The position numbers were made by a program, and so were the translations under genes. A stretch of DNA of 64,000 nt from Eledone cirrhosa (taxonomy: Eukaryota): positions 15,562,001 to 15,626,000 of the forward strand of contig OZ024756.1 in assembly GCA_964016885.1 (NCBI GenBank), given 5' to 3'. The notes beneath the pieces are model-generated. The model made no database searches. It saw only the letters and a program-made list of their open reading frames with translations, and was not told the origin of the DNA. This document shows, piece by piece, positions 63,946 through 64,000 of this stretch; the first letter of the stretch is position 1, and every line of letters starts with the position of its first letter.

Positions 63946-64000
63946 TCCTCTCTATCTTTCTCTCTCTCTTTGTTTAGGAAGGTAGGCGGCAAACCCCATA

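Overview
Eukaryotic (animal) genomic DNA that is AT-rich and packed with microsatellites and transposons. The SINE/RTE repeat content suggests a coleoid cephalopod, probably an octopus (inference). Manual splicing gives two intron-rich genes in head-to-head orientation. (1) A complete 11-exon HMBS (hydroxymethylbilane synthase/porphobilinogen deaminase) gene on + at 27717-50650 (1116 nt CDS, 371 aa), whose 6th intron has a canonical U12-type (minor spliceosome) signature. (2) The 5' part of a PROSER3-like gene on -, with coding exons at 14730-14857, 12986-13187, 9824-9888, 3201-3292 and 1740-2005, continuing off the left edge. The remainder is RTE, CR1 and CRE-like LINE fragments, two tRNA-headed SINE families (one spawning 60-bp minisatellites), hAT, Tc1/mariner and piggyBac-type MITEs, a deleted Gypsy LTR element and several large palindromes. 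The most notable non-obvious signal is a set of type-I hammerhead-ribozyme-like motifs (CTGANGA...GAAA..NTH) at five loci, of the minimal kind known from Penelope-like elements and retrozymes. Three lie in sense orientation within introns. Most entries in the six-frame ORF track are artefacts of simple repeats. All structures were assigned by eye; nothing was computed or searched.
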